A stretch of DNA of 64,000 nt, taken from Candidatus Moranbacteria bacterium GW2011_GWC2_40_12 (lineage in GTDB: Bacteria; Patescibacteriota; Minisyncoccia; Moranbacterales; UBA11712). The stretch lies in contig LBYD01000002.1 in NCBI GenBank assembly GCA_000995965.1, positions 199,889 through 263,888 on the forward strand. The letters are read 5' to 3'. A program made the position numbers and the translations under genes. The notes beneath the pieces are model-generated. The model saw only the letters and a program-made list of their open reading frames with translations. It did not search any database and was not told the origin of the DNA. Numbering within the stretch: the stretch's first letter is position 1; each line of letters starts with the position of its first letter. This document shows, one piece after another, positions 16,013 to 25,775 of this stretch.

Positions 16013-17530
16013 CTACTTCGTTTTCAGTGCTTCGGCTTTGCTGAAGTGTGCCCCGATGTCCCTCCGGCAATCGAGGCGGTTGCCGGCGTCGTCTTCCCGG
16101 GGGATCACCCGGATTTTGCCGTTGTCGAAGGCCGCGAGCAGTCGCTGGCGCAGAATCTCGGCTGTCTGGCCCCGGGTTTGTCCGGACTTGACTGTGGTAT
16201 TGGCCAGAAGATAGGCCACGCGGGAGCCGTCGGATTTGAAGACGCCGTCTTCGTAGTCCATGGCGGACGGGATGACGGTGATCTTCTTCTTGTCGAAATA
16301 ATCGAAGTCGATCTCCATGACCTCGCCTTTGGTGAGCGACCAGGGGTAGCCTTTTTGCTGTTTAGGACCGCCTGGACCGGTAACCAGGGCAAAGCAAATC
16401 GAAATCTGATCCGTCCGTATTTCGGGCTCCACCTTGTGCAAGTTGCCCTGAACCGCAGCCTTAAGCAGAGCGCCCAAGTTCCGTATCCTCTTCACGACCG
16501 GCTGGAATTCCGGCTCGCCCGGGCGAACGTTGATCTCGCAGACCCGGATCGCTTTCGGCTTTCCGTCAGGCAGGAAAGATACGAAACATCCGGGGTATAT
16601 AACACATGGACGAAGGACATTCTTCAGCCACATAGCCTGGGTAAGAGGATAGATAATAGATTCGTCGACAAGTTTTAAAAGTTCTGGGGATTCCCAGGGA
16701 TGCGGGGAGATGGCACCCATTCCTCCGGTAATCGGGTTCCAAATTCCAGAGGGGCCGGGGAACCTTTCCGGGTAGTCCATCGCCGTGGGAAGAATTTGAT
16801 AATGCGCGTGTTCGTCGGCTAGAACTGTGAAGCTGATTTCAACTCCAGACATTCTGGCTTCGATAAGAAGCGGCCAAGGAGCCTTTTCACCGCAGACATT
16901 GGTGTAAGAATCCTTGAAGTCCTTGATCAGGAGGTCGTAGGTATCCCTGATGCCCCAGCTGTCGAGGATGACGCGGGATCCCTTGCCGCCGGCGCTGTAA
17001 GGATATTTCAGAACGGCGCCGCCATGTTCATGCAAATAGTCCAGACAGATACCGGCCACTGCCCGGAAATCACGGGCATCAACCTCGGCCGCGGGGGCGA
17101 CGGGAATATTTGCTTCGCGGCAAAAGCGTTTACATGCGATCTTATCGCCCTCAAGGGTGTTAGCGCCCACCTTTCCAAGACCTATGATGCGGTTGCCGAA
17201 ACCGGCTTCCGTCACCAGATCCACCAAGCCGTTGAAGAGCAGACCTTCGGGTCCGACCATTGCTATGTCCAATTGCCCGTTTCCGAAGGCTTCGATCAGG
17301 GCAGCAGCGTAATCTGCTGCTGAATTGCTCCTGGTTGGGATAAAGTCAATTGGCCATTGGTGGTTTGGCAGCCGTGCCCAAGGCTCCATCGCTGGGGTTC
17401 CCCGCACGACGACACCCCGATAGTTTCCGGGATGGAGTTCACTTTTAGCTCGGCTTGTTTCCAGCGCGGCCTCGAGCATTCTCCCGTCTGTTCCCGAAAA
17501 TGCAATTTTGCAAGGTTCTGATTCTGGCAT
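16013..17530 (-). CDS. phosphoribosylamine--glycine ligase (PurD/GARS)-like ATP-grasp protein, compositionally foreign
   Basis: 505 aa; GARS N-domain, ATP-grasp and C-domain order; ITGGMGAISP resembles the PurD GGMGAYSP motif; GC ~58-63% against ~40% in the neighbours. Confidence 0.7.
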   Translation of the reverse strand: MPESEPCKIAFSGTDGRMLEAALETSRAKSELHPGNYRGVVVRGTPAMEPWARLPNHQWPIDFIPTRSNSAADYAAALIEAFGNGQLDIAMVGPEGLLFNGLVDLVTEAGFGNRIIGLGKVGANTLEGDKIACKRFCREANIPVAPAAEVDARDFRAVAGICLDYLHEHGGAVLKYPYSAGGKGSRVILDSWGIRDTYDLLIKDFKDSYTNVCGEKAPWPLLIEARMSGVEISFTVLADEHAHYQILPTAMDYPERFPGPSGIWNPITGGMGAISPHPWESPELLKLVDESIIYPLTQAMWLKNVLRPCVIYPGCFVSFLPDGKPKAIRVCEINVRPGEPEFQPVVKRIRNLGALLKAAVQGNLHKVEPEIRTDQISICFALVTGPGGPKQQKGYPWSLTKGEVMEIDFDYFDKKKITVIPSAMDYEDGVFKSDGSRVAYLLANTTVKSGQTRGQTAEILRQRLLAAFDNGKIRVIPREDDAGNRLDCRRDIGAHFSKAEALKTK

Positions 17531-17692
17531 AAGCTTCTCCTTTAAGCTTTATTTTCTTTGATTTCAGCCTATCTTAGGAAGAGGAGTGATGTCAATAATT
17601 ATTCAACTGTTGCCGAAACAAAAAAGCGCTCAAATTTATCCAAGCGGATAGAGTTGAGCGCTATGCTTCAATGTCGCAAAAAGTCCATATTT

Positions 17693-17992
17693 TCAAATTT
17701 TTTTATCCTTTTTCTTCTTCATCTTCTCGACAATTCTTGTGAGGCGGTAAGTGACGATGACCACGGCCGCGGTAACGACGCCGGCATAGATAAACATGGC
17801 GGTGATGTCGCCTGCCCCCTGTGTTCCGAAGACGCGCTCGAAAAGTTTGCGGATGGCATCATTCCAGGCAAGAGCGGCCACGAGTCCCATCGCTCCTGTC
17901 ATGAGCGTCACCACTTTTTCAACAAAAAAGACATGAAGAGTTTCCTCTTCTTTCTTCGTAAGCTCTTTTTCCTTTGATTTTTCTTCGGACAT
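17693..17992 (-). CDS. small two-TM membrane protein (hypothetical)
   Basis: Start chosen at MSEEKSKEKE...; hydrophobic helices LMTGAMGLVAALAW and AMFIYAGVVTAAVVIV; terminator hairpin at 17620-17665. Confidence 0.55.
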   Translation of the reverse strand: MSEEKSKEKELTKKEEETLHVFFVEKVVTLMTGAMGLVAALAWNDAIRKLFERVFGTQGAGDITAMFIYAGVVTAAVVIVTYRLTRIVEKMKKKKDKKI

Positions 17993-18183
17993 AATCGTTG
18001 GGTTGAAATGAAAGACGGAATATTGGCTTCTTGGATTATAATATATCAAAAATTATCATTGACGCAACCCAATTATTACATTACGCTTTATATGAGAATT
18101 TAATTCCTCAGGAAAGGGGTCGAAAACAGGATTTTTTCCGGGTCGAAATTATTCAAGCCGGAGGTTTGAAAGAGCGTAACGAC

Positions 18184-18256
18184 GGGACTGTAGCTCAGCG
18201 GTTAGAGCGGCCGACTCATAATCGGTTGGTCGTAGGTTCGAATCCTACCAGTCCCA
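18184..18256 (+). tRNA. tRNA-Met (anticodon CAT; could instead be a lysidine-modified tRNA-Ile2)
   Basis: Cloverleaf folded by hand: acceptor gggactg/cagtccc, anticodon loop ctCATaa, T-loop ttcgaat; no encoded CCA. Confidence 0.85.
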
Positions 18257-18270
18257 CGTTGAAATATTGA

Positions 18271-18344
18271 GGGCGTATAGCTCAGTTGGTTAGAGCGTCT
18301 GCTCGACACGCAGAAGGTCTCCCGTTCGAGTCGGGATACGCCCA
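18271..18344 (+). tRNA. tRNA-Val (anticodon GAC) with unusual C at position 33
   Basis: acceptor gggcgta/tacgccc, anticodon stem tctgc/gcaga, loop tcGACac, T-arm tcccg-ttcgagt-cggga. Confidence 0.7.
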
Positions 18345-18473
18345 CAGCACAAGAGATTAAAAAGGAGCGCCCCGACGTCACGTCGGGGAGGTCAGTGGTC
18401 CGATCCCACTATTGCCCACGAAAAATCCGTCCCGCTATGCGGGACGGATTTGCTATGAGAAAATGCTTCAAGC

Positions 18474-19442
18474 CTACGCCTTTTCCGGTGCCGCGGCAAT
18501 TTCTTTTTCCGGCTCTTCTTCGGAAACTTTTTCAGCTTCAGGAATTTCGGCTTTGGCGATTTCACGGAAAAACAAAGTCCAGGCGGTAGTTTTGTAGGTG
18601 AGAAAGATGGAAGAGACGAAAAGCAAAACAGCAAGAGCGAGGAGAATTGCGAAAGCCAGGAAAATTCCAAAAATGATTTTGCTCAAGCTATAAAAGAGAA
18701 TACCGCTGGGGACAAGAATGAGAAGAGCGATTCCAAAAACAGGGAGAAGGGCAACGCCGGCAGCCATATTCACAGCGAGAATAAGGAGAGAAAACAAGAG
18801 AGAACTTTTTATGTTTTTGAGGAGCAAGTTATAGCCGGCTTCGACGGCACTCCAGACTTGAAGATCGGAGAGAATGATATAGAATTCAGCGAATAAATTT
18901 GTAAGCGCCAAAATAAACACGAGAGGAATAAAAATGGCAACCGCTAAAAGCCCTACCAGAACAGCACTCACCCACGATCCCTTGACGGCCAAAAATATTG
19001 TTGGAATGGCCAGAACCAAAACGATGACAATTGTCGCAAAAAAGAAAAGAAGAAAAAGTTTGAACAAATTTCGCATGTATTTCTTTCCCGATTTCCAACC
19101 TTCGCGGAAGTTCGCCTTTTTGTTTTGGGTTATGAGGCTAACTGACTGGATGAGCCCCGCTTTTCCAATAAGGGAGATCAAAAAAAGAACGATTCCAATC
19201 GCAAAGAGAATAAGCGTGACAATCAATACTATTTGCCAGTGAGTTTCAACGAAGTTTTGAACCATACTGCCTTTCTCTTCCCAACTTTCACTGCCTCCGA
19301 CGTTGAAACTTCCCGGAGATCCCAGAGCCAAAAGGACTCCAAACCAAAGAAGAAATTTGTTTTGCCAGACAATTCGGGCGGATTCTTTCAGAATCTCAAT
19401 ATATGGGATTTCTTTTTTCACGGGCTTATTTATTTCACTCAT
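18474..19442 (-). CDS. polytopic membrane protein (hypothetical)
   Basis: 322 aa with 7 or more hydrophobic helices; acidic C-terminal tail. Confidence 0.6.
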   Translation of the reverse strand: MSEINKPVKKEIPYIEILKESARIVWQNKFLLWFGVLLALGSPGSFNVGGSESWEEKGSMVQNFVETHWQIVLIVTLILFAIGIVLFLISLIGKAGLIQSVSLITQNKKANFREGWKSGKKYMRNLFKLFLLFFFATIVIVLVLAIPTIFLAVKGSWVSAVLVGLLAVAIFIPLVFILALTNLFAEFYIILSDLQVWSAVEAGYNLLLKNIKSSLLFSLLILAVNMAAGVALLPVFGIALLILVPSGILFYSLSKIIFGIFLAFAILLALAVLLFVSSIFLTYKTTAWTLFFREIAKAEIPEAEKVSEEEPEKEIAAAPEKA

Positions 19443-21355
19443 TTTTTTTCATTAGTAGTCGCGTCCGTGATATTTTCGCCTGCTTCGCTAAGCACGCCTG
19501 CCTTGTCAGGCGAATCCTTTTGGGCAGGTTCGTCTGCGTTTTTTCCAATCAATTCATTGAATTCATCTTGTTCAATTGTTTCTTTTTCAAGAAGTGTTTT
19601 GGCAATCTTCTCAAGTATCTCTTTTTTCTCGCTGATAATCTTACTGGCGGTCCGGAAAGCGCCTTCAATGAATTTTGAAACCTCCTGGTCAATTTTCGTG
19701 GCAGTCGATTCGGAATAATTTTTTTCTTCGCTGATTTCTTTTCCCAGGAAGACGAGTTCTTCTTTGTGCCCGAAGGTTCGCGGTCCAAGGGCGCTCATGC
19801 CGTATCTTGTGACGAGCTTTCGGGCTATGTTAGTCGCACGCTCAAGGTCATTTGAAGCGCCGGTGGTGACATCTCCAAAAGTTATTTTCTCGCTTACATA
19901 TCCGCCGAGAAGAACAGCCAGTTCATCAATGAAATAGGCGCGTGAATAGAGCCTTTTATCTTCCTGAGGAGCGGCAAGGGTATAACCGGCGGCTTGTCCC
20001 CGGGAAATGACGGAAACTTTCTGGACCGGGTCAGCATTCGGGAGACTGGCTCCGACAAGCGCGTGCCCGGCTTCATGAAAGGCAGTGATTTCCTTTTCTT
20101 TCAAGTTCAAGACTTTACTTTTTCGCTCAGGACCGAGGATCACTTTTTCGATTGAAATTCGCAGTTCATCCGGACCAATTTGTTTTTTTCCTTTGCGGGC
20201 GGCCAGAATCGCCGCTTCATTAACTAAATTGGATATATCTGCTCCGGAAAAACCAGGAGTGCGGGATGCGATTTGTTTCATATCAACGTTTTTTTCAAGA
20301 GGCTTGTTTTTGGCGTGAATTTTGAGAATGGCCTCACGCTCTTTTATATCGGGTAAATCCATAACGACGCGCCGGTCAAATCTTCCCGGCCGCAGAAGCG
20401 CCGGATCAAGAACATCCGGGCGGTTGGTAGCAGCAACAACGATGACGTTGGTATTGGTTTCAAAACCGTCCATTTCAACCAGAATCTGATTGAGAGTTTG
20501 CTCACGTTCATCGTGTCCTCCGCCAAGACCAGCGCCTCGGTGGCGCCCGACAGCGTCAATTTCATCAATAAAAACAATGGCCGGCGCGTTCTTCTTGGCT
20601 GTTTTAAAAAGGTCGCGTACGCGGCTGGCGCCCACGCCGACAAACATTTCCACAAATTCCGAACCAGAGATACTAAAGAAGGGGACATTGGCCTCTCCGG
20701 CGACGGCTTTGGCAATAAGGGTCTTTCCGGTTCCGGGAGAGCCGAGAAGAAGGACACCTTTGGGGATTCGTGCGCCGAGATCCAGAAATTTTTTCGGATG
20801 TTTCAAAAATTCAACGATTTCTTTGAGCTCTTCCTTTGCCTCCTCCGCTCCAGCCACGTCGGCGAAGGTTATTTTTTTCTTGCCGTTTTTTTGCGGCTGC
20901 GTGAGGCGCGCCCGGGACATGCCGAAAGACATGGCCTGGTTGTTTCCGCGCTGGGCCGAACGCATCATAAACCAGAGGAATACCCCGATGATTATAAAAG
21001 GGAGAAGAAAAGGGATGATCGTGTTTACCCAAAAAGCGGCAGTTGTCGTGTCCTTTATATCAACGCTGACCCCGCGCAGCTTTTCCGGGTCGACGCCATA
21101 GTTTTTGAGTGATTCAGAAAGCGAAGATTCGGCTTCTTTGCGGGAGCTTTCTTTGGTGTCGTCCATGAGCGTGATGTTCAATTTTTCGCCCTCAACCTGA
21201 ATATCTTTCACTTTTTGGTCGTTGATCTGGTTAGCCAGTTCGTTCAGCGTGATACTTTGCACCTTTTGGACAGGCGTGTTGTAAACCATCACGATTCCGG
21301 AGATGACGAAAAAGACCAGAAGGACGATTATTATATTCTTTGCGAAATTTTTCAT
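19439..21355 (-). CDS. ftsH: ATP-dependent zinc metalloprotease FtsH
   Basis: 638 aa; N-terminal TMs, AAA+ Walker [18 protein letters not shown] zinc-binding motif. Confidence 0.95.
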   Translation of the reverse strand: MKNFAKNIIIVLLVFFVISGIVMVYNTPVQKVQSITLNELANQINDQKVKDIQVEGEKLNITLMDDTKESSRKEAESSLSESLKNYGVDPEKLRGVSVDIKDTTTAAFWVNTIIPFLLPFIIIGVFLWFMMRSAQRGNNQAMSFGMSRARLTQPQKNGKKKITFADVAGAEEAKEELKEIVEFLKHPKKFLDLGARIPKGVLLLGSPGTGKTLIAKAVAGEANVPFFSISGSEFVEMFVGVGASRVRDLFKTAKKNAPAIVFIDEIDAVGRHRGAGLGGGHDEREQTLNQILVEMDGFETNTNVIVVAATNRPDVLDPALLRPGRFDRRVVMDLPDIKEREAILKIHAKNKPLEKNVDMKQIASRTPGFSGADISNLVNEAAILAARKGKKQIGPDELRISIEKVILGPERKSKVLNLKEKEITAFHEAGHALVGASLPNADPVQKVSVISRGQAAGYTLAAPQEDKRLYSRAYFIDELAVLLGGYVSEKITFGDVTTGASNDLERATNIARKLVTRYGMSALGPRTFGHKEELVFLGKEISEEKNYSESTATKIDQEVSKFIEGAFRTASKIISEKKEILEKIAKTLLEKETIEQDEFNELIGKNADEPAQKDSPDKAGVLSEAGENITDATTNEKK

Positions 21356-22335
21356 AATTTTTCTATATTTAACTTATCACCTTTTCTCTGAATTTTCAAT
21401 TTTTTAAATTTAATAACGTGTTTCTTGCTTTTCCTGCTCTTTATAATTTTCAAAATTTCATCAATGTGTCCCGATTCAATTTCCCGCAAATGAGGATTAT
21501 ATCTTTCAATCGCCAGGCGAAGAATTTCTCTTTGAATAGCCGGATGCAGACTGCCAAGCCTCGAAGCACGCAAATTTTTTTCCGACTCAAGCCATTCTTT
21601 CGAAAATCGGGTGATGAAATCATGATCTTCGGCGGCTGATTGCGAAAGCCTACACAAAACCTCTTCTATGTTGGGGTTATATTCTTTTACAATATATGGA
21701 AGAAGTTTGTTGCGGATTTTGTTTCGCGTGAAATCTGCCCCGAGGTTGGTTTTGTCAGTACGGAAAGGCAACTTATTCTTACGCAAATAGGCCAAAATCT
21801 CTTTTCGGGGAATGCTGAGCAGCGGCCGGATAATATTTCCATTTTTGAATTTAATCGCGCCTAGTCCCCGAAGTCCCGTGCCCCGCAAAATTCGCATCAA
21901 AACGGTTTCGGCCTGGTCGTTGAGGTTATGCCCGACAGCGATGGCGTCGGCGCCGTATTTTTCGCGGATTTTTTCGAAGAAATTGTAGCGAATGTTGCGA
22001 AGATAATCCTCAGAACGCTGAATGCTGAACGCTGAACGCTGAACATTTTTGATTTCGACTGGCAGAGAATATTTTTCAGCTATTTTTTTGACCAGTGCCT
22101 CGTCTTTTTCCGAATCTTTTCCCCGCAGGCTGTAATTCACGTGCGCGACGATGATTTCAAGGTCGTATTTATTTTTCAATTTATATAGCGCGTCCAAAAG
22201 GCAAACCGAATCCGGCCCGCCGGAAACGCCGACCACAATTTTTCCGCCGGAGGCGGATCCGCCTTTGGCGGATGCTCCTCTCCCAAACAACTCGTGGCGA
22301 AAAACATTTTCCTGGATTTTTTTGATGAGGTTCAT
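21352..22335 (-). CDS. tilS: tRNA(Ile)-lysidine synthetase
   Basis: 327 aa; PP-loop SGGPDS; overlaps ftsH by 4 nt; carries an in-frame tandem repeat SAFSIQRSAFSIQRS (gctgaac repeats at 22015-22045). Confidence 0.85.
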   Translation of the reverse strand: MNLIKKIQENVFRHELFGRGASAKGGSASGGKIVVGVSGGPDSVCLLDALYKLKNKYDLEIIVAHVNYSLRGKDSEKDEALVKKIAEKYSLPVEIKNVQRSAFSIQRSEDYLRNIRYNFFEKIREKYGADAIAVGHNLNDQAETVLMRILRGTGLRGLGAIKFKNGNIIRPLLSIPRKEILAYLRKNKLPFRTDKTNLGADFTRNKIRNKLLPYIVKEYNPNIEEVLCRLSQSAAEDHDFITRFSKEWLESEKNLRASRLGSLHPAIQREILRLAIERYNPHLREIESGHIDEILKIIKSRKSKKHVIKFKKLKIQRKGDKLNIEKL

Positions 22336-22356
22336 TACTGTAAAGAAGTTAAACCT

Positions 22357-22914
22357 CTATGATTTATGCTTTTTGATATAAGTAATCACTTGCTTGAAAA
22401 CTTCTTCGCGAGTCAATTTGGTCGTATCCAAAAAGAAATCGTAATTTTTCGAATTGCGGATATCTATTCCGTAATATTTTTTATACCGTAAATCGTCGGT
22501 TTCTTTTCGTTTGCGATTACTGGCGAGCACGTCTTCGAGAGAATCTATTTTTCTATCTTCGTTTCTTGAATTATTTTTCTGCAATTGCTTAAATATCCTT
22601 TTTGCGCCTTCTTTCTCGTCAACTTTCAGATATATTTTTAAAGATTGCGGAATGAGATGCCAAGCAGTCCGGCTTTCGATGATAAAGTCATTGCTTTCCT
22701 CTGCCAATTGAAGAAGATGATCATCTACTTCCTTATCTATATTCGGATCGACTTCTCCGAGTTTGAGATATTCTACAAGCGTCATCCCTCTTTTTTTCGC
22801 CATATCGCGAAAAATTTGACCCATATAATATCTAGGGTATCCAAGAACTTTTGCAACTTTTTCGGCAATAGTGCTTTTCCCTGAACCCTCATCGCCATTG
22901 AAAGAGATAATCAT
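22357..22914 (-). CDS. cmk: cytidylate kinase-like (d)CMP kinase
   Basis: 185 aa; P-loop GDEGSGKST; sits immediately upstream of rpsA as in the common cmk-rpsA arrangement. Confidence 0.75.
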   Translation of the reverse strand: MIISFNGDEGSGKSTIAEKVAKVLGYPRYYMGQIFRDMAKKRGMTLVEYLKLGEVDPNIDKEVDDHLLQLAEESNDFIIESRTAWHLIPQSLKIYLKVDEKEGAKRIFKQLQKNNSRNEDRKIDSLEDVLASNRKRKETDDLRYKKYYGIDIRNSKNYDFFLDTTKLTREEVFKQVITYIKKHKS

Positions 22915-22994
22915 TGAAAGCTATTTAATAATAACATAAAAGATATTTTTACATTTTGAAATGTAATTTTGATTTTTAATATTTGAATTTTGCA

Positions 22995-24263
22995 TTATTT
23001 CACAAGCCCCAATCCCATCCGGTGCTCTTTGGGCTCGATGGAAAGTATTTTCCATTTGTAGGTTTTTCCGGTCTCAAGGATGTCCTCGATGTTTTTTCCC
23101 GGATTTTGCTCAAGGAGCTCCGAGATATGGGCGAGGCCGTGAATATCATCGTCAAGATATACAAAAGCTCCGAAGTGGTTTATTTTTCGAACTTGTCCCT
23201 CGTAGGTTTCCCCGGCTTTGTATTTTTTCTCCACAATGGACCAGGGATCTTTCTGGAGGGCTTTGATGGAAAGCGAAACGCGGGTGTCGTCAATGCCGAT
23301 GATTTGGCACTTCACCCTGTCGCCGGTTTTCACCACTTCGCGAGGGTTGTCAATGAGTTGCCAGGCCAGTTCTGAAATATGGACCAGTCCTTCGAGCTTG
23401 TCTTCTTCGCGGGTTGAATCCAGCCTGCTCGGCGGAAGGAATTTCACAAAAGCGCCGAAGTCGACCACGCCGCTGACTTCGCCTTCAATGACGTCCCCCG
23501 CTTTAAGCTCGGAAATAGCCTTTTTTTCCTCATCGGAATAGGCTGCTTTTTCGCTCACAATCAGTTTCTCGCCCTCGCGGTCCGTATCAAGCACTTTCAC
23601 TTTCATTTCCGTCCCGATAAAAGAGCGTAATTTTTCAAGAATTTTGCTTTTTTCTCCCTCTTCGACACGCGGGTAATGCTCGTTGGTGAGCTGGGAAACA
23701 GGAAGAAAACCGTTGATGCCGTTTACTTCCACGATGAGTCCGCCCTTGTTGGCATCGAGAATTTTGGTTGAAAAAGATTCTCCATTTACCTGTTTTTCCT
23801 CAAGATCCTGCCAGGCACGATCAATGGAGGCTTCTCGGATAGAGAGTTCGATATATCCATCTTCATTTTCAAGGTCAGTCACGGTAGCGGAAACTTTGTC
23901 GCCGATCTTGATTTTGTCGGTCGCGCCGAGCCCGTCTTTGATTTCGCGCCCCATTACGATGCCTGTTCCGAAAACTCCCAGATCAAGATAGATGGCGTTT
24001 GAATCAAGGGCGATCACGCTGCCTTCGATTACGTCTCCCTCTTTAGGAAAAGCTATTTTTTGTTGGTTTAAAAAATCAGCCATCACGGAAGTTTGACTGA
24101 TTGGATCTTCGCGCAAGGCGGATCCGCTGCTGGTGGAATCTTCTGCTTTTTTCGCTTCAATTGTTTCTCTTGCTTCTTCCCTTTTTTCCAATCCGACTTC
24201 TTTCTTTTCATCGGAAATTTTGTCGACCTCTTGAGCCAGAGTGTCGAGAATGTCGTTTGCCAT
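22995..24263 (-). CDS. rpsA: 30S ribosomal protein S1 (four S1 domains)
   Basis: 422 aa with repeated S1 OB-fold domains (GDVIEGSVIAL..., GDRVKCQIIGID..., GETYEGQVRKINHFGAFV...). Confidence 0.9.
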   Translation of the reverse strand: MANDILDTLAQEVDKISDEKKEVGLEKREEARETIEAKKAEDSTSSGSALREDPISQTSVMADFLNQQKIAFPKEGDVIEGSVIALDSNAIYLDLGVFGTGIVMGREIKDGLGATDKIKIGDKVSATVTDLENEDGYIELSIREASIDRAWQDLEEKQVNGESFSTKILDANKGGLIVEVNGINGFLPVSQLTNEHYPRVEEGEKSKILEKLRSFIGTEMKVKVLDTDREGEKLIVSEKAAYSDEEKKAISELKAGDVIEGEVSGVVDFGAFVKFLPPSRLDSTREEDKLEGLVHISELAWQLIDNPREVVKTGDRVKCQIIGIDDTRVSLSIKALQKDPWSIVEKKYKAGETYEGQVRKINHFGAFVYLDDDIHGLAHISELLEQNPGKNIEDILETGKTYKWKILSIEPKEHRMGLGLVK

Positions 24264-24289
24264 TTGGTTTAATGGTTAGGTTAATAATT

Positions 24290-24345
24290 AGACTTCTCTA
24301 CGAATTACGAATCTGTACGAATATACGTAATAGCGCAACTCGTTA
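24290..24345. promoter_or_regulatory. cluster of TACGAAT/ATTCGTA heptamers in the rpsA promoter region
   Basis: ctacgaattacgaatctgtacgaatatacgtaat; near-identical composite at 2160-2270 (upstream of the dksA-like gene); related clusters at 4600-4660 and 59035-59100. Confidence 0.45.
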
Positions 24346-24491
24346 TTACTGGTGGAGTATATAATAGAATGATTAATTTGGCAAGGAGTGGGGTTGATAT
24401 GCGGATTATGATATGCTATCATTTCTATATCACCCCGGAAAGGTGATCACCCGCGAGGGTGATTAATTTTGGTTAATTTATTTTATAAAAT

Positions 24492-25160
24492 ATGACCATT
24501 CAATGGTACGGACACGCGTGTTTCAAGATTTCGACCAAGCCCGAGGGGCGCGGTTCGGGCGAGGACGTGGTGATTTTCACCGATCCCTTTGGCAAGGAAG
24601 TGGGGCTTCGTCCGCCGCAGGGACGGGCTGATATCGTCACTGTTAGCCATGATCATTTTGACCACAATAATTCCGCCGCGCTTCGAGGCGAACCGGCCGT
24701 TCTGGATCTGCCAGGAGAATATTCGATAAAAGGCGTTTCTATCAAAGGGGTGAATTCTTTCCATGACAAAAAAGAGGGCGCTGAACGCGGACTTAATACT
24801 ATTTTCGTTTTCGAAAGTGAGGGAATCCGGTTTTGCCATCTTGGGGACCTTGCAACAATGCTCGACAAAAAACAGCTCGAAGAAATAAACGGAGTGGATA
24901 TTCTGGCCGTTCCAGTCGGCGGGCCATTTTCGCTTATGTCGAAAGATGCCAAAGCGGTAGTTGACCAGGTTGAGCCGAAAATTGTCCTCCCGATGCATTA
25001 TCACACTCCGGGCAACAAATTGAAGCTCGAAGATGAGAAAAAATTCTGCAAAGAAATCGGAATCTGCCCGCGGGAAAAAATGCCAAAAATCATTCTCAAG
25101 AAAAAGGATTTGGAAAGCGAGAAAATTCAGGTTATTTTGATGGAAGCGGTGAATAGTTAG
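24492..25160 (+). CDS. MBL-fold metallo-hydrolase
   Basis: 222 aa; HDHFDHNN (HxHxDH) metallo-beta-lactamase motif. Confidence 0.8.
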   Translation: MTIQWYGHACFKISTKPEGRGSGEDVVIFTDPFGKEVGLRPPQGRADIVTVSHDHFDHNNSAALRGEPAVLDLPGEYSIKGVSIKGVNSFHDKKEGAERGLNTIFVFESEGIRFCHLGDLATMLDKKQLEEINGVDILAVPVGGPFSLMSKDAKAVVDQVEPKIVLPMHYHTPGNKLKLEDEKKFCKEIGICPREKMPKIILKKKDLESEKIQVILMEAVNS

Positions 25161-25256
25161 ATCAAAAATCAAATATCGAAAATCGAAAATGCGGTATGCG
25201 CCCGCCTGCAACAATATTGCATTTCGGGCGGGCTTCGCGCATGATTTTATAAATAT

Positions 25257-25631
25257 ATGAGTTTGCAGAGTTACATTGACAAGTTGAGAGAGAAACCAAT
25301 TCGTGAGCGGGAAAGAATCGCCGTGATTGCTACAGGCGTTGCTTTTTCTGTCGTTTTTGTGATTTGGCTGCTATCTTTTTCAGAAATGAACAAAAATGAA
25401 AGCCCGGAATCGGCAACTTCTCCGGTAACAAACCAGCTGGAGGATCTCAAAAAAAATATTGACAGCGACAAGCAATCAGTCCAGGAGATGCTTCAGAGCC
25501 TGCCGAAAAATTTTGATGAGGATGAGGAGGATATCAATGACGAAAGTTTTCCGAATAACGAGCCTGAAAACCAGAATCAAAATGCAAACGAGAGCCAGAA
25601 CAACTTGCCGGAGATACCGAGCCTGCCGTAG
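25257..25631 (+). CDS. hypothetical membrane-anchored acidic protein
   Basis: 124 aa; one N-terminal TM (IAVIATGVAFSVVFVIWLL); acidic, low-complexity C-terminus. Confidence 0.5.
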   Translation: MSLQSYIDKLREKPIRERERIAVIATGVAFSVVFVIWLLSFSEMNKNESPESATSPVTNQLEDLKKNIDSDKQSVQEMLQSLPKNFDEDEEDINDESFPNNEPENQNQNANESQNNLPEIPSLP

Positions 25632-25765
25632 TAAACGCAAAGTGCAAAAATCAAAATGCAAAATGACAGTTCAAAATGTAAAATTATCAGATATCAAAAT
25701 AGATTTCGATGTTTGCCCATTTTTAATTTTACATTGTAATTTTGAGCTTTGATTTTTAAATTTTG
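25632..25765. repeat. second copy of the AAAATG/CATTTT palindromic intergenic repeat family
   Basis: gcaaaatgacagttcaaaatgtaaaatta...tttgcccattttta attttacattgtaatttt; lies between a hypothetical gene and gyrA. Confidence 0.6.
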
Positions 25766-25775
25766 AATTATTATC

